From an uncultured Gemmatimonadaceae bacterium (GTDB taxonomy: Bacteria > Gemmatimonadota > Gemmatimonadetes > Gemmatimonadales > Gemmatimonadaceae): a DNA stretch of 64,000 bases. The position numbers and the translations under genes are program-made. The stretch is taken from NCBI GenBank assembly GCA_963761305.1, contig CAVXGK010000002.1, positions 1,312,001 to 1,376,000 of the forward strand, given 5' to 3'. This document shows, one piece after another, positions 57,923 through 64,000 of the stretch. The notes beneath the pieces were generated by a model. The model saw only the letters and a program-made list of their open reading frames with translations. It searched no databases and was not told the origin of the DNA. Position 1 is the stretch's first letter. Each line of letters begins with the position of its first letter.

Positions 57923-60900
57923 ATGAGCGTCACGGCCGCCGAGGCGGCCGATCGGCGTCCGATGAAGGGAGCGTTGTTCGGCGCGGCGCGGCTCGCGTCG
58001 CACGCCCGGAAGTTGGCGCGCCGCCACGTCACGGTCCCATCGTCGCCGCCGCGGTGGATCGGCCGGCGCGATCGCGGCCCGTTGCTCTCTCGCCTCGACG
58101 CGACGGGCCGGGTCCTCATCGCCGCACGCGATACACTCGCCGAGGCGTCGGCCGCCGGCGCCGACGTGGGACCGGCCGGTGCGTGGCTGCTCGACAACTT
58201 CTTCATCGTCCTGGAGCAAATTCCCGAGATCCGGGCGACGCTTCCGGCCGCCTACTATAGAGAGCTTCCGAAGCTCGCCGGCGACGGGCCGCGCGCGGGA
58301 TTCCCGCGCATCTACGACGTGATCGAGGAGTTGATCGCCCACACGGACGGTCGTCTCGACGAAGGAAGCGTCTCGCGCATGATCGCCGAGTATCAGCGCG
58401 TCACGCCGCTCACGCTCGGCGAGCTCTGGGCGATTCCAGCCATGCTGCGCATGGGGTATCTCGAGAGCGTTCGCCGGATGGCACTGCGCGCCGCGCGCGA
58501 TGTGGCCGACCGTGCGTCAGCCGACGAATGGGTGTCGCGCCTGCTCGCCGCCACGCTCTCGGGCGACGTCACGAGCGGGCTATCGGCGTTCGTCCATCGC
58601 GGGCCCGACCTGAGCCCGGCGTTCCTCACGCGCTTCCTCCAGCAGATTCGCAGCCGGCGATCCGACTTCACTCCGCTGCTCTGGCTCGAGCAGTGGGTCG
58701 CCGAAGACGTGATGTCGGTGGAAGACGCCGCGCAGCGGTCGGTGCAGGAGCTGGCGCTCACGCAGTTGGTGATGGCGAACTCCATCGCCAGTTTGCGCCT
58801 CGTCACGAGCATCGACTGGATGGCGTTCGTCGAGGCGGCGAGTGCGACCGAGGCCGAGTTGCGCGAGGATCCTGCCGGGACGTACACCGCCATGACACGC
58901 GCGACGCGCGATCGATACAGGCACGCGGTGGAACGGATCGCCAAAGGTGCCAACGTCGACGAGCCGTCGATCGCTCAAGCTGCGGTTCAAGCCTCGCGCG
59001 ACGCGGCGTCCGGAGCGGACCCGCGTGCGCGACACGTCGGATATCACCTCGTCGGCGACGGCCGCTACGGCTTCGAGCGCGCATGCGGGTTCCGCGCCGA
59101 CGCCGCCACGCGTCTGCGCGAAAAAGTCCTCCAACATCCCGCTCGCTCGTACTTCGGCGGCGTGGCGATCGCCGTCGGGCTCGCGACTGCCGCGCTTGTC
59201 ACACCGTTGCACTTCGCCCAGCTCGGCGACCGCACCTTCGGCTGGCTCGCCGTGGTGGTGCTGCTCGTGTTGCTCCCCGCGGCCGACGCCGCGGTGGCGA
59301 TCGTTCACCAACTCGTAAATCTCTTCGTTCCCGCGTCACGACTTCCGCGCCTGGACTACGAGCGCGCCGTGCCCGAGGCCGATCGGACAGCCGTCGTGGT
59401 GCCCCTTCTCCTCGGCAGCGTCGACGCGGTGGCCGGGGCGATCAGCCATCTCGAAGTCCAGTACCTCGCCAACCGCGATCCCCAGATTCGCTTCGGGTTG
59501 CTCAGCGATCTGCTCGATTCGCCAACGGAGCGAGCGCCGGGTGACGAAGCGATCGTCGAGGCGGCTGTCGCCGGGATTCGCGCGCTGAATGCTGCGTACG
59601 GAAACCAGGACGGCGCCACGCCAAACGACGCTCCATTCTACCTGCTGCATCGGCCGCGCCGATGGAACGCGGCTGACGACGTGTGGATGGGGTGGGAACG
59701 AAAGCGCGGAAAACTCGTCGAGTTCAACGAGTTCATTCGCGGGTCGGCCGATCACGCGTTCGAGATCACTGAAGGCGACCTGCCGTGGCTGCGCGGCGTG
59801 CGCTACGTCATCACGCTCGACGCGGACACCGTCCTGCCGCGATCGGGTGCCGCGGCGCTGATCGGAACCCTCGCCCATCCGCTCAACCGCGCCGTGTACG
59901 ATCCAGCGGTCGGCCGTGTCGTGCGAGGCTATGGCATCCTGCAGCCGCGCGTGAGCGTGTCGCTCGCCAGCGCCAGCGAGTCACGGTTCGCCGCCATCTA
60001 CGCCGGACATCCGGGTCTGGATCCGTACACGACCGCCGTCTCCGACGTGTATCAGGACCTGTTCGGTGAAGGGACGTTCACGGGAAAAGGCATCTACGAC
60101 GTCGACGTGTTTCGTCGAGCCACCGACGGCCGCTTTCCCGACAACACCCTGTTGAGCCACGATCTGCTCGAGGGAACGTTCGTGCGCGCCGGGCTGGTGA
60201 CCGACGTCGAGGTTTTCGACGACTACCCGACGCGCTACCTCACGTCCACGCGCCGGACGCATCGATGGATCCGCGGCGACTGGCAACTGCTCCGCTGGTT
60301 GACGGCGCGCCTGCCAGGCCCTCCCGGTTCCAATCGCGATCCGCTCTCGTCGCTCTCGCGATGGAAGATTGCCGACAACATGCGCCGCAGCGCGACGCCG
60401 CTCGCGCAGTTCTCATTGTTCGTCGCCGGATTGTTGTTTCTTCCCGGATCGCCCGCCGCGTGGGTCGCCGTCGCGCTCGCAGCGTTCGGCACGCCGTGGC
60501 TTGTCCCGTTTTTCTTCGCCGCCATCCGTCCACCGCGCGGACAGGCGTGGCGCCCCTACTACGGTGCGCTGGCGCAAGACGGAACGCGCGCTCTTCAGCA
60601 GTTGGGTCTGGCGGTCGTGCTTCTTCCCGATCAGACCCTGCTCGCGGCGGACGCCATCACTCGGACGATCGGCCGCCTGGCGCGCGGCAAGCGCCGCCTG
60701 CTGGAGTGGCAGACGGCATCGCACACCGAGCAGACAACGGGCAATAGCAGATCGTCCGTGTGGCACCGCATGTGGCCGGCGGTGTTGTTGGGCGCGGCCA
60801 CCTTGGCCCTCGTCGCTTGGCGCGGGGCCCTCGATCCGGCGAGAGGAGTTCTCTGGTGGATCTTCGCCGGCGCATGGGCCGCTCTCGCGGTGGCCTGGTT

Positions 60901-63900
60901 GTTCGCCCCCGAGGTGGCCATCGCGCTCAGCAGCCCGCTCACTCGGCGCGATCTCGTGCTCGACGGCGACGAGCGCTCGGCCGCGTTGCGCTATGCGGCG
61001 CGCCATTGGCGCTACTTCGAGCGCTTCGTCACCGCGGACACGCATTGGCTGGCGCCCGACAATTTCCAGGAATCGCCCGAACCAATCATCGCCTCGCGCA
61101 CGTCGCCGACGAACATCGGATTGCAACTGCTCGCGACGGCCTCGGCCTGCGATCTGGGATTCCTCACGCGCGGAGAGATGGTCGAGCGTCTGGAGCGCGC
61201 GTTCGACTCGCTGGACCGGATGTCGCGCGTGCAAGGACATTTCTTCAATTGGTATTCCCTCGAGAATCTGCGCGTGCTCGAGCCGCCATACGTGTCGACG
61301 GTGGATTCCGGGAATCTGGCCGGCCATCTCATCGCGCTCGCCGAGGGGTGCGCCAGCATCGCCGGCGCGCCGGTGGACGACGGACGCATCTGGGCCGCGC
61401 TCGAGGCGGAAGGGGTGGCGCGCGGAGAGACCGGCGGCCCCTGGGTGGGTGAGCGCCTTCTCGCGTACCAGTCGGCAATGCTCGACCTCCGCCGACGCAC
61501 TCAGGTGAGCGCGACCGATTCGTCCAAGTCCGCCACGACGCTCTGGGCGCGGCAGCGCCTTGAAGCCGCCGCCGAGGAGCTCGCGCGGTTCGAGCTCGAT
61601 CCGGAAGGAGATACAGCCGCGTCTCTCCGCACGGTAGCGGCGACGTCGCCGGCGGCCGCCGCCCTGGTCGCCCGACTGGACGCGCTGGCGCGACGCGCGC
61701 GAGAGATGGCGGCGGCGATGGACTTCCGGCTCGTGTACGAACCGCAGCGACGACTCTTCGCGATCGGGTACGACGCGCGGTCGGGAACCCTCGATGACTC
61801 GCTCTACGATCTGCTCGCATCGGAGTCGCGGCTGGCGAGCTTCATCGCCATCTCGAAGAACGACGCCGACGTGGAACACTGGTTCCGTCTCGGCCGGTCG
61901 CTCACCGTGGCGGATGGAGCGGCGGCGCTCGTGTCGTGGAGCGGCACGATGTTTGAGTACCTCATGCCGTTGCTCGTCATGCCGCCGCGGCCGTTCTCGC
62001 TGCTCGATCAGACGTGCCATTCGGCGGTGGTGCGGCAGATCGCGTACGCCAATATGCGCGGCGTACCGTGGGGAATCTCCGAGTCGGCCTACAACGTTCG
62101 CGACCGGCACGACACCTATCAGTACCGCGCCTTCGGTGTGCCGGATCTCGCGCTCAAGCGCGGTCTGGCTTCGGATCTGGTCATCGCCCCGTATGCCACC
62201 GCGCTGGCATTGGCCGTCGATGCGCACGAGGCGTTGCGGAACTTCGCCGAGCTCGAACGGCGCGGCGCGCTTGGCGCGTACGGATTCTATGACGCGCTGG
62301 ACTACACGCGGGTGAATCCCGACGAGCGGGTGGCCACGGTCCGCACGTTCATGGCACATCACATTGGGATGAGTCTCGTCGCACTCGACAACGCGCTGAG
62401 CGTCGGCGAGACGGAAGCCGAAGGCATTTGGCAGCGGCGATTCATGACCGACGCCTCGGTTCGCGCCACGGCGTTGTTGCTGGACGAGCGCGTGCCGCGG
62501 CGATACGTGCCGCGACCGCCGCAGGCCGACGCGCCCACATCCACTCTCGAGGCCACGGCGCAGACGCGCATCGCGGTCCACGAAGTCGACACACCGCACA
62601 CAAGAGAGCCGCACGTCGCTCTGCTCGGCGGACCCGGCTACGGCGTCTTGCTCACGAATTCGGGCAGCGGCAACAGCCGATCGAGAGAGATCGACGTCTT
62701 GCGGTGGCGCGCCGACGCCACGCAGGACGACACCGGCCAGTGGATCTACATCAAAGATCTCACCGACGGCTCGCTGTGGTCCGCCGCGTATCAACCGGTC
62801 CGCGCGGAACCGACTCGGTACCGCGCGACGTTCGCCGCCGATCGAGTGATCTTCGCGCGGCGCGATGGACCAGTGGAGACGCGAACCGAAGTCGTCGTCG
62901 TCGCCAGCGAGCAGGCGGAGGTCCGCCGCGTCACGCTCCTCAATCGATCGTCCGTAGTGCGGGAGCTCGAGCTGACGAGTTACGGGGAGGTCGTGTTGTG
63001 TCCTCCCGGCGCCGACCGTGCCCACCCCGCGTTTCAGAAGCTCTTCGTTGAAACGGAGTGGGTGCCGGCGGCGGCACTGCTGGCGAGCCGTCGCTCCCGC
63101 GCCGCGGGGGAGACGTGGCCATGGTGCGTACACGTCGTCGCGTCGGGCGCCGAACGAGTCGGCGAGGTGACCTGCGAGACCGATCGCGAACGCTTCCTCG
63201 GCCGCGGCCGAACCGTTCACACACCGCACGCTCTCGACGACGGCGTGCAACTGTCCGGTAGCACCGGCGCCGTCCTCGATCCCATCGTCGCTCTGCGCGT
63301 TCGGCTCCGCGTCGCACCGGGCCGTTCGGCCACCGTCGCGTTCACCACGGCCGTGGCGCCCACGCGTGAAGCCGCGCTGCACGTCGCCGATCGCTATCGC
63401 GACGTTGCCGCTTCCGAGCGCGCCTCGAGCCTCGCGCGAACCGAGGCCGAGGTGGAAGTGCGCGACCTCGACATCGAGCCGGCCGACCTCGCGCTCTACC
63501 AAGAGTTGGCGGGCGCGCTCGTCTACCCGCACGAGGCGCTTCGCGCGCCGGCCAGCGAACGAGCCGCCGTGACGCTCGGGCAGCAGGCGCTCTGGGCTCA
63601 AGGCATCTCCGGCGATTGGCCGATCGTGTTGGCGACGATTCGCGCCGTGGCCGGTGTGGCCAGCGTCCGGCAACTGCTCGCCGCACACAGGTACTGGAGA
63701 ACGAAGGGGATCCGAGCGGATCTCGTGATCCTGAACGCGAAACCGCATTCGTACGCGCAGGAGCTGCACGATCAGTTGATGACGATCGCCATGTCCGGCG
63801 AGGGGGGCGTCCTCGAGAAGCCGGGCGGCGTGTTCGTGCGACGCGCCGACTCGTTGTCCGCCGACGAGACCGCTCTCCTCCGAGCGACGGCGCGCATTAA

Positions 63901-64000
63901 CGTGCTCTGTGACGGGGTCGGCCTGGGCGAAATCATCGCCACGAACATTGTGAGCTACGAAACCATCGCCCCCGCGTCGCCAGTCACCGTCCGGCATGCC
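57923..64000 (+). CDS. ndvB: Cyclic beta-1,2-glucan synthase (Cgs/NdvB/ChvB); 3' end runs off the window
   Basis: Absent from the ORF track. Manual translation gives WLLDNF, YYRELPKL, WMGWERKRGKL, VITLDADT, LLSHDLLEG, RWIRGDWQ, YDLLASESRL, PWGISES and FMAHHIGM, all in one frame. Confidence 0.95.
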   Translation, partial: MSVTAAEAADRRPMKGALFGAARLASHARKLARRHVTVPSSPPRWIGRRDRGPLLSRLDATGRVLIAARDTLAEASAAGADVGPAGAWLLDNFFIVLEQIPEIRATLPAAYYRELPKLAGDGPRAGFPRIYDVIEELIAHTDGRLDEGSVSRMIAEYQRVTPLTLGELWAIPAMLRMGYLESVRRMALRAARDVADRASADEWVSRLLAATLSGDVTSGLSAFVHRGPDLSPAFLTRFLQQIRSRRSDFTPLLWLEQWVAEDVMSVEDAAQRSVQELALTQLVMANSIASLRLVTSIDWMAFVEAASATEAELREDPAGTYTAMTRATRDRYRHAVERIAKGANVDEPSIAQAAVQASRDAASGADPRARHVGYHLVGDGRYGFERACGFRADAATRLREKVLQHPARSYFGGVAIAVGLATAALVTPLHFAQLGDRTFGWLAVVVLLVLLPAADAAVAIVHQLVNLFVPASRLPRLDYERAVPEADRTAVVVPLLLGSVDAVAGAISHLEVQYLANRDPQIRFGLLSDLLDSPTERAPGDEAIVEAAVAGIRALNAAYGNQDGATPNDAPFYLLHRPRRWNAADDVWMGWERKRGKLVEFNEFIRGSADHAFEITEGDLPWLRGVRYVITLDADTVLPRSGAAALIGTLAHPLNRAVYDPAVGRVVRGYGILQPRVSVSLASASESRFAAIYAGHPGLDPYTTAVSDVYQDLFGEGTFTGKGIYDVDVFRRATDGRFPDNTLLSHDLLEGTFVRAGLVTDVEVFDDYPTRYLTSTRRTHRWIRGDWQLLRWLTARLPGPPGSNRDPLSSLSRWKIADNMRRSATPLAQFSLFVAGLLFLPGSPAAWVAVALAAFGTPWLVPFFFAAIRPPRGQAWRPYYGALAQDGTRALQQLGLAVVLLPDQTLLAADAITRTIGRLARGKRRLLEWQTASHTEQTTGNSRSSVWHRMWPAVLLGAATLALVAWRGALDPARGVLWWIFAGAWAALAVAWLFAPEVAIALSSPLTRRDLVLDGDERSAALRYAARHWRYFERFVTADTHWLAPDNFQESPEPIIASRTSPTNIGLQLLATASACDLGFLTRGEMVERLERAFDSLDRMSRVQGHFFNWYSLENLRVLEPPYVSTVDSGNLAGHLIALAEGCASIAGAPVDDGRIWAALEAEGVARGETGGPWVGERLLAYQSAMLDLRRRTQVSATDSSKSATTLWARQRLEAAAEELARFELDPEGDTAASLRTVAATSPAAAALVARLDALARRAREMAAAMDFRLVYEPQRRLFAIGYDARSGTLDDSLYDLLASESRLASFIAISKNDADVEHWFRLGRSLTVADGAAALVSWSGTMFEYLMPLLVMPPRPFSLLDQTCHSAVVRQIAYANMRGVPWGISESAYNVRDRHDTYQYRAFGVPDLALKRGLASDLVIAPYATALALAVDAHEALRNFAELERRGALGAYGFYDALDYTRVNPDERVATVRTFMAHHIGMSLVALDNALSVGETEAEGIWQRRFMTDASVRATALLLDERVPRRYVPRPPQADAPTSTLEATAQTRIAVHEVDTPHTREPHVALLGGPGYGVLLTNSGSGNSRSREIDVLRWRADATQDDTGQWIYIKDLTDGSLWSAAYQPVRAEPTRYRATFAADRVIFARRDGPVETRTEVVVVASEQAEVRRVTLLNRSSVVRELELTSYGEVVLCPPGADRAHPAFQKLFVETEWVPAAALLASRRSRAAGETWPWCVHVVASGAERVGEVTCETDRERFLGRGRTVHTPHALDDGVQLSGSTGAVLDPIVALRVRLRVAPGRSATVAFTTAVAPTREAALHVADRYRDVAASERASSLARTEAEVEVRDLDIEPADLALYQELAGALVYPHEALRAPASERAAVTLGQQALWAQGISGDWPIVLATIRAVAGVASVRQLLAAHRYWRTKGIRADLVILNAKPHSYAQELHDQLMTIAMSGEGGVLEKPGGVFVRRADSLSADETALLRATARINVLCDGVGLGEIIATNIVSYETIAPASPVTVRHA

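Noticed and set aside
60413..63997. 1194-aa minus-strand ORF
   Set aside because: Antisense shadow of the glucan synthase; Arg-rich with no motifs. The same applies to 2377-4479 and most overlapping track ORFs.

Overview
A GC-rich bacterial chromosomal window with about 58 plausible CDS. The gene content (TPR and RCC1/Ig lipoproteins, PadR-ADOP permease pair, small lineage-type ORFs) suggests Gemmatimonadota or a similar soil lineage; this is inference only. I found no rRNA, complete tRNA, CRISPR array or transposase. From left to right the window holds: a hydroxyproline-catabolism operon with a GntR regulator; TauE, TPR, cupredoxin and SPFH genes; a minus-strand cluster (YceI, HisKA_3 kinase, NarL/NreC-like regulator, FixL-like PAS kinase, PNPOx-like protein, USP, outer-membrane protein) whose units share a 17-bp upstream palindrome; an RCC1 lipoprotein; a ~1.9-kb gene-free tract with phased 21-bp periodicity; DinB, M28 and ADOP genes; a Mo/W module (HTH-TOBE regulator, OM protein, WtpA); a subclass B3 metallo-beta-lactamase; DUF1445-MFS; PadR-ADOP; aspA-ansB-porin; a pseudo-receiver/KaiC-like/kinase operon; and the first ~6 kb of a cyclic beta-1,2-glucan synthase that is missing from the ORF track. 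The best leads are the 21-bp phased array (24715-25182), the putative O2-responsive regulon and its operator, the KaiC-like module with a D-to-E receiver, and the orphan WtpA module with a palindromic operator. All family calls come from reading motifs by eye; no searches were run.
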